A stretch of DNA of 35,546 bases from contig PRDI01000077.1 in assembly GCA_003345595.1 (NCBI GenBank), positions 1-35,546 on the forward strand. Reading direction: 5' to 3'. A program made the position numbers and the translations under genes. This DNA is from Candidatus Thorarchaeota archaeon (GTDB lineage Archaea > Asgardarchaeota > Thorarchaeia > Thorarchaeales > Thorarchaeaceae). Shown here in pieces: positions 17,821 to 27,431 of the stretch. The notes under the pieces were generated by a model. The model saw nothing but the letters and a program-made list of their open reading frames with translations. It was not told the DNA's origin and ran no database searches. Positions within the stretch are counted from its first letter, which is position 1, and each line of letters starts with the position of its first letter.

Positions 17821-18270
17821 TTGAGAATCGAAAAAGCAGGCAAGGACCAGATAGAATGGGTGGTCCGACATCGGGTTGAGATGTTCAGGTCGATGGGATG
17901 GGAGGAAGGGGACTTGCTGAAGACTGAATCAGTAGCTAGACAATTCCTGGAAACCTCTTGGAGTGAGGAGCTTGAGTGCTATCTGGCGATTGAGGACGAC
18001 AAGGTTGTTGGCGGGTGCGCCGTGGCAGTGCAGAGAATGTTGCCTAGCAGTAGGAATCCCGGCGGCACGCAGGCCTACCTGCACAACATGTACGTTGAGG
18101 AGGAGTACCGAGGTAGAGGTGTTGCCACTGCCCTTCTTGACCACATCTTCAGTGTCTGCCGCATGCGAGGAATACGGCGAGTTACCCTGCACGCCACTGA
18201 CATGGGCCGCCCCATCTACGAGCGCATGGGCTTTGAGATGTCAGACAACTACTTCGTCATGGTTCTCTAA
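17821..18270 (+). CDS. GNAT family N-acetyltransferase
   Basis: NMYVEEEYRGRGVATALL...LHATDMGRPIYERMGF. Confidence 0.92.
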   Translation: MRIEKAGKDQIEWVVRHRVEMFRSMGWEEGDLLKTESVARQFLETSWSEELECYLAIEDDKVVGGCAVAVQRMLPSSRNPGGTQAYLHNMYVEEEYRGRGVATALLDHIFSVCRMRGIRRVTLHATDMGRPIYERMGFEMSDNYFVMVL

Positions 18271-18274
18271 GCGT

Positions 18275-20341
18275 TTACGTCCGTTGCCGCCTCCGATAAC
18301 GGACTATCGCAGTGCCGAAGATGACTATGACCGCCCCGGACGCGAGCGTAATGGTGGCACCGGCTGGATTCCACATGTCAGTAATGCTTGTGGTGATGGC
18401 GCCTTCTTTCCAGTAGGTGTAGAAGTAGGGACCATGCATGGGGTGAAACACGTAGCCATTCATGCGGGCGCTCTCGACGTGGAAGTTCTGAGACTGACAT
18501 AGCCAGACGTAGGCAACCTGATCCACAATGGCCTCTTGGATCTTTCCGTAGAGGACTAGCCGCTCCGCTGCATTCTGGCTGTGAGAAGCGGCGCCAATCC
18601 AGCCATCGACGAGACTTGAGTTCCATCCTTCAGAGCCGGCAAGACCGATTCTGTCCGGAATCGTAGAAGTACTCCTCACGAATGGACCAACGTAGTTGTC
18701 CGGGTCAGCGTAATCTGGATACCACCCCATGGGGTAGAAAAACAGATCCCCGGTCATGTACAATTGTAGGTACAAATAGCTGGGTATTGGAAGCAGCTCA
18801 ATCGCCAGAGGGTAGGACGGCTGAGTGGCTAATGGGTCAGAAAGTATGGCCATAATGGCATCCTTGATCAGTGAGCATACTATCTCTCGATCAGAACTCT
18901 GTCTGTACCGCAGTTCGAGCCTGAAGGACATGTTGGCTAGAATCTCATCGAGGCCAGCAGACATTGCATCGTTCCACTTCTGCACAGCTTTCTTGACATC
19001 GTACCCGTACACGAACAGGCTGTCATTGTGTCCTAACATCCCTCTTGGGATGGGACCCTGAGCCTGCGCGCCGAATCCGTGCAGAACCTCGCCAATATAG
19101 GTCTCATAGTTGAACGTGTATGAGAGTGCCTCTCTCATCGCCCTCAATGCAAAAGGATTCTTTATGACCCTGCCAGACGCATTCAGGTAGAGTTTCATGT
19201 TTAATCCTAAGTACGTCACTGTGTAGGTCAGTTCGTGGCACCAGAGCTTGAGGTAAGGGTATTTCGATTTCAGTGTGCCGTCACCGCTAGTTCCATTGGC
19301 ACGGTTCCACACCAGATCAGAAAGAGTCAGTGGCCAGTAGCACCCGTCGCTATTACCTGTCGCTAGATTCAGGATTCTGCTGTCGGTGTCATCGTTTGTC
19401 TTGATTGTTATCGAAGTGCAGTACCCAGCATATGGATGCGTTGCCTTGGCGTCTGTCGCTCTCCAATAGAGGGGGTTCAGTTCCAGCCGGATGCGAGAGT
19501 TGGGAACCCATTCCGTCACCATGTAGGGACCAGTACCACAGGTATGCGTATCGATGTAGTTGTTGTGTTGACCATACTCAACCCCTCCGTTTGCTTCAAC
19601 CCACGTAGGGCTCATCATCGCGCCGACTTCGCAAGTAATCGCAGCGAGGAACGGAGCATGTTTGTATGCGAGTCTCATCCTGATTGTGTAGGTGTCCATG
19701 ACCATGAGGGAACTTGAGTTCCCGACCCAGTTGACATAGGCTGCGTTGAACTCAGCACTGTCGGTGCCGAAGTAGTAGGCAGCATCCTCAACCGCTTGAC
19801 CGCCTAGGATGGGTTCTGCAAACATCCAAACAGGTCCGTCGGAGTCGAAGATCTTCATGGCTCTCTCGAAGTTGTACTTCACGCATGAGGCATTGAACGG
19901 AGTACCATCATGGAACGCAATCCCTTGATGGAGGGTGAACGTGTAGTTCAGTCCGTCAGCCGACATCGCCATATCCTCAGCCAACAGCGGAACGTTTGGC
20001 GTAGAGTCGGCAGAGTCCGACGGATATGTGAAAAGGGTCTCATAGACATTGAAGAGTATCCAGGCTCCGAACGACTCGTAGTTGACATGAGGATCCAAAT
20101 TCTCGGGATTGCCGGAGGTTTCCCAGATGATTGTGTCTGATGGAATGGAGTCTGCCAAGAACCCGGTCACGGTTCTGCTGCGAAGCTGTGACATTGCTGG
20201 GCTCGCCGGAGATACTACTAATGTGCTAAGAGAAACCACCACAAATAGGACGAGTATTCCCTTCCGCCTCATTACTCGACTCTCCGTCCAGTGATCTAGG
20301 AAGACGTTCGAGGTTGCCCGATGGAGATCCCGAGATGACAC
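18275..20341 (-). CDS. ABC transporter substrate-binding protein, family 5 (peptide/nickel), C-terminally membrane anchored
   Basis: LDPH, VYETL, YTFTLHQGIAFHDGTPFNA, GTGPY, GWYPDYADPDNY; N-terminal signal and C-terminal TM plus basic tail; true start probably near MRRKG. Confidence 0.92.
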   Translation of the reverse strand: MSSRDLHRATSNVFLDHWTESRVMRRKGILVLFVVVSLSTLVVSPASPAMSQLRSRTVTGFLADSIPSDTIIWETSGNPENLDPHVNYESFGAWILFNVYETLFTYPSDSADSTPNVPLLAEDMAMSADGLNYTFTLHQGIAFHDGTPFNASCVKYNFERAMKIFDSDGPVWMFAEPILGGQAVEDAAYYFGTDSAEFNAAYVNWVGNSSSLMVMDTYTIRMRLAYKHAPFLAAITCEVGAMMSPTWVEANGGVEYGQHNNYIDTHTCGTGPYMVTEWVPNSRIRLELNPLYWRATDAKATHPYAGYCTSITIKTNDDTDSRILNLATGNSDGCYWPLTLSDLVWNRANGTSGDGTLKSKYPYLKLWCHELTYTVTYLGLNMKLYLNASGRVIKNPFALRAMREALSYTFNYETYIGEVLHGFGAQAQGPIPRGMLGHNDSLFVYGYDVKKAVQKWNDAMSAGLDEILANMSFRLELRYRQSSDREIVCSLIKDAIMAILSDPLATQPSYPLAIELLPIPSYLYLQLYMTGDLFFYPMGWYPDYADPDNYVGPFVRSTSTIPDRIGLAGSEGWNSSLVDGWIGAASHSQNAAERLVLYGKIQEAIVDQVAYVWLCQSQNFHVESARMNGYVFHPMHGPYFYTYWKEGAITTSITDMWNPAGATITLASGAVIVIFGTAIVRYRRRQRT

Positions 20342-20489
20342 CAGTGGCTACTGCCAATTGGAACACATTACTACGAATCTGCTTTTATCTATGACGACAC
20401 AAAGGAGCCTCTATTTCCCATCTCCTTCGCCAGAGGCCGCCGACGGTTCTACTTCCCGAGTGTTTTTCTATTCGTGTTGCTGACGCAAT

Positions 20490-21104
20490 ATGGGCGTGTC
20501 CATGAAGATTGACTTGAAGAAGGAGCTGAAAGAGCTGTACTTTCCCCCGGCAAAGGCACCTAGTATTGTCCGTGTTCCGAAGATGAACTTCCTGATGCTT
20601 GACGGCAAGGGCAGTCCTAGCGATGAGGAGTATCATCAGGCTATCGAAGTGTTGTACGGAGTCGCCTACACTCTGAAGTTCATGCTGAAGAAGGAGGGAG
20701 TGACCGACTTCGTGGTCATGCCGCTTGAGGGTCTCTGGTGGACGGAAGCGAAGACCGGGCTAGACATGAGCAACAAAGCTAGCTGGGAGTGGACAGCGTT
20801 GATGCTGCAGCCTGAGCAGGTCACCAAGTCGCATGTGGACAAGGCCATCGAGGAATTGCGCAGGAAGAAGAACCCCCTTGGTCTTTCGAAGCTGAGGTTC
20901 GGTGCCTTCGACGAAGGTCTGGCGGTACAAATCATGTACATCGGTCCCTGGGCTGACGAGAAAAGCACGATAGAGATGCTACATGCCTTTGCTGACGAGA
21001 AGGGTTACAGACTGCGAGGAAAACACCACGAGATATACCTCAGTGATCCGAGGAGGACCGCACCAGGGAAGCTCAAGACAGTGATACGTCAGCCCGTTGA
21101 GTAG
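20490..21104 (+). CDS. GyrI-like small-molecule-binding domain protein
   Basis: FLMLDGKGSP, MPLEGLWW, HHEIYLSDPRRTAPGKLKTVIRQPV. Confidence 0.9.
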   Translation: MGVSMKIDLKKELKELYFPPAKAPSIVRVPKMNFLMLDGKGSPSDEEYHQAIEVLYGVAYTLKFMLKKEGVTDFVVMPLEGLWWTEAKTGLDMSNKASWEWTALMLQPEQVTKSHVDKAIEELRRKKNPLGLSKLRFGAFDEGLAVQIMYIGPWADEKSTIEMLHAFADEKGYRLRGKHHEIYLSDPRRTAPGKLKTVIRQPVE

Positions 21105-21178
21105 TCCGGACATGAATTGTTATATGGGCGTTGGCACTCGCGTCAGTCCCAACTACTCCAGTTTGAGGCTTAACAAGA

Positions 21179-21967
21179 ATGACGAAGTATAACCTTCAAG
21201 GCAAGGTCGCAATAGTCACAGGTGCTTCTAGGGGTCTTGGCGAGCAGTTTGTGCGCGCCCTCGCTGAGTCTGGGGCACATGTTGTGCTGGCGGCCCGAAC
21301 TCTTGACAAGATGCAGAAGATAGCCACCGAGGTTTCTCGAGACTACGGTATCAAAGCGATTCCTCTTGCCATCGACGTCACGAAGGAGTCGGACATACTG
21401 AAGATGGTTGACACAGCTGTCAAGAAGCTCGGCACCGTGGACATCATGGTCAACAATGCCGGGATGTATGTTGTGAAGCCCCTGCCAGAACAAACCCTCG
21501 CAGACTGGAATCTGGTCATGAATGTGAACCTCACCTCTGCTTTCTTGGCATCAAGAGAAGTCGCGAAGGTGATGATCCCTAAGAAATCCGGCTGCATTAT
21601 CAATACGAGTTCTACGTTTGGTCTTGGGGCAACAGAGTTCACTGAGATTAGCTACTATGCTTCAAAGGGTGGACTGATTGCCATGACAAAGGCCCTAGCG
21701 GTCGAGTTGGGCAAGTACAACATACGTGTCAATGCAATTGCTCCGGGCTTCTTCCCGACCGACATGTCGATACAGGCGCTTACTGACAAAACGCTTCGTG
21801 AGCGATACATCGAACCACGGACAGCCCTCTTCGATCCAAAGACCGGCGCGCGGATGATGGCGCAGAATGAGTGGATCCGAGGCGCTGTCTGTTTCTTGGC
21901 AAGTGACGATGCCAGATACATAACAGGTCACACGCTCGCAGTCGACGGCGGTTGGCTGGCATACTAG
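21179..21967 (+). CDS. SDR family NAD(P)-dependent oxidoreductase
   Basis: TGASRGLG, NNAG, YYASK, VNAIAPG, VDGG. Confidence 0.95.
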   Translation: MTKYNLQGKVAIVTGASRGLGEQFVRALAESGAHVVLAARTLDKMQKIATEVSRDYGIKAIPLAIDVTKESDILKMVDTAVKKLGTVDIMVNNAGMYVVKPLPEQTLADWNLVMNVNLTSAFLASREVAKVMIPKKSGCIINTSSTFGLGATEFTEISYYASKGGLIAMTKALAVELGKYNIRVNAIAPGFFPTDMSIQALTDKTLRERYIEPRTALFDPKTGARMMAQNEWIRGAVCFLASDDARYITGHTLAVDGGWLAY

Positions 21968-21996
21968 ATCAGGAGCAGCGATTGCTGATCTTGGGA

Positions 21997-22030
21997 GTCT
22001 GGCACAGACCAGACTTCTCTCCTTTCTTCT
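21997..22030 (+). terminator. Hairpin plus pyrimidine tract after the SDR gene
   Basis: GTCTGG-CACAGA-CCAGAC followed by TTCTCTCCTTTCTTCT. Confidence 0.45.
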
Positions 22031-22117
22031 CGTTCTGCAGATTTCTTTGGCTCAAAGAAGAGCATTGATATAGGAATTGGAGGTCCGGCACGCCCGTCAA
22101 CATGTTGGGGTGTTCAT

Positions 22118-23044
22118 GTGCGAGCCCTGCCTTTCATACAGACAAGTGTGTTCATCGACGAACGTTATGCCTTCAGTGGCAATCAATTGGCTACATTCTG
22201 GGATCATATGTTGAACACGCGACTCAGTACTGAAGAGATGCAGGGAATCACCCTTGAGATGCAGCACTCGGAAACCACGTTTGTATTCGAATCCACGCGC
22301 AGTGACTGCGCTTCAAAGGTGCGGATCTTCACACCGGGCAGGGAAATTCCATTCGCTGGACATCCTACATTGGGGACTGCATTTGTCCTCCGATACAAGC
22401 GACTTATCAGCCCGGTCGACAGACGGGTGAGGCTTGAGCTTGGCATCGGCCCGATACCCGTCGACTTCGTCGCGGATGACACCATACGAATGGACCAAGG
22501 CATGCCAAAGTTCACCAAGACTTGGGATGACACGCAGTCGATCGCCGAGGCATTGGGCCTGAAGGACAGTGACATTTCCACAGCCTATCCCATCCAGTAT
22601 GTAAGTACTGGATTCCCTTTCCTGATAGTGCCGCTTCGGTCACTGTCTGCCGTCCGGAGAGCAGCGCCGAATCCCACTCTGATACTTGAAACACTCAATG
22701 GACAGGCATCACAGGAGATAGTGATTTTCAGCGATGAGACTGTCCATCCTGATTCGCACGTCCACGTTCGCATGTTTGCACCCGGGGCGGGAGTACCCGA
22801 AGATCCTGCAACAGGTAGTGCCGCTGGGCCGCTCGGGGCGTACCTAGTAGAGCATCGAGTTCTGGCGAATCTCAGACCCGAGCAGGCAATCGTCATAGAG
22901 CAGGGTCACGAGATGCGTAGGCCGAGCCGTTTGGAAGTGGTGATCACGGGTGACAAGAGCACACACGAAGCATACGTGACTGGAAAGGTCAGGCTTATTG
23001 CCGAGGGGAAGCTATACGTCAGAGACAGTGCTGACAAGGCATGA
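22118..23044 (+). CDS. PhzF family isomerase/epimerase
   Basis: GNQLA, SETTFV, RIFTPGREIPFAGHPTLG, EDPATGSA. Confidence 0.93.
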   Translation: MRALPFIQTSVFIDERYAFSGNQLATFWDHMLNTRLSTEEMQGITLEMQHSETTFVFESTRSDCASKVRIFTPGREIPFAGHPTLGTAFVLRYKRLISPVDRRVRLELGIGPIPVDFVADDTIRMDQGMPKFTKTWDDTQSIAEALGLKDSDISTAYPIQYVSTGFPFLIVPLRSLSAVRRAAPNPTLILETLNGQASQEIVIFSDETVHPDSHVHVRMFAPGAGVPEDPATGSAAGPLGAYLVEHRVLANLRPEQAIVIEQGHEMRRPSRLEVVITGDKSTHEAYVTGKVRLIAEGKLYVRDSADKA

Positions 23045-23084
23045 TATGCCGGCTACGGGTCGGCACGCAAGCAAATCAGAGTCC

Positions 23085-23266
23085 GTAGATACGTAGGCCG
23101 AGAGTGATCACTCACTTGATGACCCGTCAGCAGTTGTTTACCTCTGCTATGGGATAGCCGCTGCCAGACCCATCGATGGTGGAGTATATGGCACCATCAC
23201 CGCCCTGCCACGGGCCCCACCAGACCTTCGCTGTCTTCTGGAAGGAGGTGTAGATGTAGCCTGAGC
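23085..23266 (-). repeat. Repeat R4: degenerate terminal copy of the cassette repeat with no tip attached
   Basis: SGYIYTSFQKTAKVWWGPWQGGDGAIYSTIDGSGSGYPIAEVNNC*RVIK*VITLG; two in-frame stops. Confidence 0.9.
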
Positions 23267-23538
23267 CCCGTGAGCAGGATGGGTCGGCGAGTAACACGAA
23301 GAGAAGCCCCGTCATTGCCGCTGCCTGCTTCATACTATCCTGGCAGCATACGGTCCGGACTTGTTCCAGCTGTCGAGAATCACTGCATGAGCCTCCCGAG
23401 CAGAACCTATCCACCTGCTTCAGGCATACAGAGTACAGTATGGGACCTGAGAACTCGCCATGGTGCCTCACTTCCTGTATTAACGTGGTTGATCGCATCT
23501 CGGGAAGAAAGAGAACCATTGATGACACTGAGCCTGCG

Positions 23539-24225
23539 TCACCAACCTGTGGCAATCCCCCATGAAACGAGCATCACCAGCGCAAGAAGAAGAGCCTGGA
23601 CCGCCAAGAGCGGCCTGAGGGCCTGCTTTTCCGGCTTCTCTGATGCTCTGCCCTGGGCAAGTGAACCATCCAGCAGGCCAACTGTGTCATCGACAATGCG
23701 GCCAAGTTCGTCCTTACGCGTTCTCAGCCGCTCTAAGACTGCAGCAGATTCACGGTTGCAGTCAAACCTTGCTCTCCTCCACACGATTTCAATGAGATGA
23801 TTGGTCACGTTTCGCTTGAGAGTTCCTGATCGAAGATGCCTCACAAGGTCTCTCTCTATGCGCCTGTCCATATACCCGATCGACCACTTTCCTATCTTAG
23901 AGGCATCAAACAGGACGAGTAATACTGTGCTCAACGGAACGCCCAGAAGCCATATGACGTATAGGATGCGTGACATCTGAGTCACCAGTTGGAAACCCAA
24001 GTCGAATGTTAGGGATTCGAGGACTAGAAGCAAGAAAGGGAGGACTGACCACGCAGCCAAGGCATACATCAAATCAAGTGCCTTTCCTGAGAAGAGGACT
24101 TCCCGCAGCTTGGCGCCATCCGGGCGTACCCGGGGCAGTAGTGCCGCGAAGGATAAGAACCCAGCCCAAGTCAGGGCAATTACAGCCGTTGCTGTAAATG
24201 CGTCAGTCCACGTCATGCTTATCAA
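23539..24225 (-). CDS. Membrane protein, putative immunity/partner for tip 3
   Basis: 228 aa, 3 N-terminal TM, soluble helical part and C-terminal TM; starts 3 nt after the tip-3 stop. Confidence 0.7.
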   Translation of the reverse strand: MISMTWTDAFTATAVIALTWAGFLSFAALLPRVRPDGAKLREVLFSGKALDLMYALAAWSVLPFLLLVLESLTFDLGFQLVTQMSRILYVIWLLGVPLSTVLLVLFDASKIGKWSIGYMDRRIERDLVRHLRSGTLKRNVTNHLIEIVWRRARFDCNRESAAVLERLRTRKDELGRIVDDTVGLLDGSLAQGRASEKPEKQALRPLLAVQALLLALVMLVSWGIATGW

Positions 24226-24228
24226 CCT

Positions 24229-25213
24229 CTACTGAAGTGCCATCAATGACCTCTCGTAGAACAAACACCGGCAGTACCAAGTGACGGCGCCGATGATGAA
24301 TTTGATGACTAAGCTAATAGGTATCCACCATCCTCCGAGCTTTGCCAGTGCTTGGATTTTTGTGAGATTCTTTGCAGCGGCCATAAGCTTGTGCACTGCT
24401 GCCAAAACGATCAGGGCCTGGACGACTGTTTCACCCATGAGAGCGACTGCGAAGCCCGCCGTCAATGCTCTTGCTTCGAGAAGCGTGAGAGCACCCGTGT
24501 CCACACTTGACCAGATAAGCGGCAGCCACAGGAACCAAAATAGGACCCACGCAGTGACAAGGACCGCAGTTGCAACTCCGAGTGTAAGGACTCCAAGACT
24601 CAAGGAAGTGTCAATGGCAATCCATGCCAATGTGAGCAATGTCAAATACACTCCAAAGGGACCGCCCAAGTCCAGCAACAAGGCATCGCCTTCCTCCACT
24701 TGCAGCGCCTCTTTCTGACTCTGAGAGAGTCCGTCATCCCAAGGCGTATCGAAGAAGGCAGACTCTACTCTTGTGTCGCCAAGCAAGTCAACAGAGATCT
24801 GCAAGACCATATGGCCTCCGTATTCTGTGAATGCTTCGTAAGCCCCGAGCAATCGGGGCCACAACTGACTCATCCAAGAGAACACAATTGACGCCATCTG
24901 ATCGAGAAGAAGGTCGCGGCGTATCTGTGAACTGGGGCCCAGATTCTCAGGATCACCGAGTGCGCCTTCTGTGCTGCCATCGTACCCGATAGGCTCCTCC
25001 GGGTCAGGCGCCGTGGGGTCATGCCTCGTTAGGTCCGCGACGACGTTGATGTCGTGTACGCGCATGTCGACGAGCGAGTATGTGGAGTACCTCTGTCCGA
25101 CTGTGACCACGTACTTGATCACCCGAGAGCAGTTGTTGACCTCTGCTATGGGATAGCTGCTGCCAGACCCATCGATGCTCGAGTATATGGCCCCATCACT
25201 ACCCTGTCACAGA
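24229..25213 (-). pseudogene. Orphan cassette 3: repeat R3 plus alternative hydrophobic C-terminal tip
   Basis: R3 about 24983-25213 (TGA at the conserved W, then QGSDGAIYSSIDG...HDPTAPDPEE), open to 24229; no signal peptide or N-terminal domains. Confidence 0.85.
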
Positions 25214-25251
25214 GGCTTCAGATTGTTGCGTTGAGTAGCATCGCCTAGAAT

Positions 25252-25689
25252 TCACGACTCTTGAGCGCTCCTACTGATTGGACCCGACTCTTGATGAGGC
25301 TGAGAGGAACGATTAGTGACTGCCTTGTATGTAATCCATGCGGCATAGCATAGACTGACCACTGTCATGCTGCCGGTTGCGCCGTCGAGAAATACACTGA
25401 CCACGCCTGTCCACGTCCCGGCGGTCCAGCCGACAAATGGGAGCACCACGGAGCCAGTCAGCATCATAGCTTGCAGGAGTCTCGCACGAGAGGGGTTCGC
25501 AGCGACCCACTTTGCCATTGAGTTCATGTGCCTGAAAGTCACTTCCCGTCCGGCCGCCTTCGTAATTCTGGCAATGGTAATCATATCCTCCACGAAGAAG
25601 ACAAACAGAAGGAATACCAGTGCCACAGACAAGGCACTCACAGCCAAGATTATATTCAACACGCAGTCCAATCGCACTCACAACTCCAT
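25252..25689 (-). CDS. Membrane protein, putative immunity/partner for tip 2 (early TGA, or restart at GTG 25677)
   Basis: GGAGAACACT ATG GAG TTG TGA GTG CGA..., followed by a 141-aa three-TM ORF 25252-25677. Confidence 0.65.
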
Positions 25690-25779
25690 AGTGTTCTCCC
25701 AGACCCCTGAGTATGACTGGGGACGATTGCATCTTACGGACCATTCTCGCAGGCAGTGCATCACTTGACATCAGTCTCC

Positions 25780-26832
25780 TCAGAACGATTTCACTAGATG
25801 GTCATACGCTACGACGAAGCACCATATTGAGATTCCTAATAGAACGCAGAGGGCCACTTTCGAACTCAAGAATATGCCTGAGGGTCCCTTGACTTCTGCT
25901 GCTGCTTCCTCGAGCTCCTGAGCTGGATTGGGCCCATACAGAAGATTCCTGATAGTCACTAAGACGCTGAAACCCAGCGCGTTAAGTAGGGTCAGGGCTC
26001 CCCAGAATATGTAGAAGCAGCAAGCATCGAATTCGGTCCAGGCCCCTTTTGCAATCATGCTATTCGAGTATGTTGTCATCTCGTAGATCAGGAGCCCAAT
26101 CGAAGTTGCAAGACAGACCGTCGCGGCGACAAGTGCAGGTATACATCCGGACTCGGCGGCGATCTCAAAAGCATAGGCACTCAACCGGATGTCAATATTG
26201 ATGAGACCTATGATGATGTTGTAGGCGATTGACCTGATTGGATCGCTGGGCTGCAGAAACGAACCGTCTCCAGAAGTCGTTACGTCAAGAATCTCGACAT
26301 ATCCGAGAATGTTCTTCGCCACGTGAACAAGTAGGGTGAGGCCAGCCATGGCAAAGGCGGGGTGTCCTGCTGGAACATTCGAGGGCACAAGCTGGAGGGA
26401 GTATTGATAGTGCAAGAGAGGCCACGGTCCGGTCCAGTATGGGTCCACGACGTCCATTGCCTGAGCCGCTTCCTGATCTGCTCTTGCTCTGTCATACGCT
26501 GGAGGAGTACGTGTCCCATCATAATCTACAGGGTCCTCCGGGTCAGGCGCAGGGGGGTCATGCCTCGTCAGGTCAGCGACCAAGTTTACATCATGGATGC
26601 GCATGTCGACCAGCGTGTATGAGTTGGACCTCTGTCCGACTGTGACCACGTACTTGATGATGCGTGAGCAGTTGTTGACCTCCGCTATGGGATAACCACT
26701 TCCAGACCCATCGATGGTCGACCAAATGGCCCCAGCACCGCCCTGCCACGGGTCCCACCAGATTCTCGCTGTGTTCTTGAAGTTGGCCTGCATGTAGCCT
26801 GAGGTCTGAGAGTAGGACGCGCCATCGCACAT
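25780..26832 (-). CDS. Orphan cassette 2: repeat R2 plus alternative hydrophobic C-terminal tip
   Basis: 350-aa ORF; first about 100 aa near-identical to the matching part of 29800-32985 (R2 about 26530-26826), rest divergent; ATG preceded by AGGAACC. Confidence 0.85.
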   Translation of the reverse strand: MCDGASYSQTSGYMQANFKNTARIWWDPWQGGAGAIWSTIDGSGSGYPIAEVNNCSRIIKYVVTVGQRSNSYTLVDMRIHDVNLVADLTRHDPPAPDPEDPVDYDGTRTPPAYDRARADQEAAQAMDVVDPYWTGPWPLLHYQYSLQLVPSNVPAGHPAFAMAGLTLLVHVAKNILGYVEILDVTTSGDGSFLQPSDPIRSIAYNIIIGLINIDIRLSAYAFEIAAESGCIPALVAATVCLATSIGLLIYEMTTYSNSMIAKGAWTEFDACCFYIFWGALTLLNALGFSVLVTIRNLLYGPNPAQELEEAAAEVKGPSGIFLSSKVALCVLLGISIWCFVVAYDHLVKSF

Positions 26833-26869
26833 GGTTCCTGATTCCAGACGGTCACCTTTGTAGCAGCTG

Positions 26870-27418
26870 TCAATCCTCCTGTTCTTGCCCTGGCTGTAGC
26901 CGTTCTAAGGCGTCCCTGAACGCTTGTCCGACCTCGTCGTCGCGGGACAGGAGCCTCTGCTTTGCGTGCATGTACTCCTTCACCACTACATCGTCAGGAT
27001 CCAGCTTTCTGATCTTGTCCAGTAGCGTTGAAAGCATCCCATCCAAATGCCCGTTTCTGTAATTGTGTTCAATAGTAAGTTCTAAGATCTCGCCGGGCTC
27101 CACGTCCTTTCGTCCTGTTGTTTTAAATCGCCGCCCCAGCACTACGAACGTGAATGCAGGAGCAAACATCAGAACGACCAACACCACACCAACCTCAGGA
27201 TGCGCTGCTTGAATCCACAACATGGGAAGAACCCAGAAAAGAAGCACCAGGAGCATGGCTTCGTATGCCGCAGTGGCCCTTCGACGCGTACCGAAGACTC
27301 TGTGTCCTACGTTGCGCAGAGTGGACGGCCCTCTGTTTCGAGAAGTCAGCCAGTCTACAAAAGCGAACAACAGGACTATGCCGGCACTCGCGATTGCCGC
27401 TAATCCGAATGTATCCAC
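26870..27418 (-). CDS. Membrane protein, putative immunity/partner for tip 1
   Basis: 182 aa, 3 TM plus soluble helical C-terminus; 13 nt after the tip-1 stop. Confidence 0.7.
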   Translation of the reverse strand: MDTFGLAAIASAGIVLLFAFVDWLTSRNRGPSTLRNVGHRVFGTRRRATAAYEAMLLVLLFWVLPMLWIQAAHPEVGVVLVVLMFAPAFTFVVLGRRFKTTGRKDVEPGEILELTIEHNYRNGHLDGMLSTLLDKIRKLDPDDVVVKEYMHAKQRLLSRDDEVGQAFRDALERLQPGQEQED

Positions 27419-27431
27419 GATTCAAGGCCTC

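Noticed and set aside
23127-23555. 142-aa ORF as a real gene
   Set aside because: Chance fusion of unrelated sequence to decayed repeat R4; it overlaps the upstream gene and ends at a premature stop.
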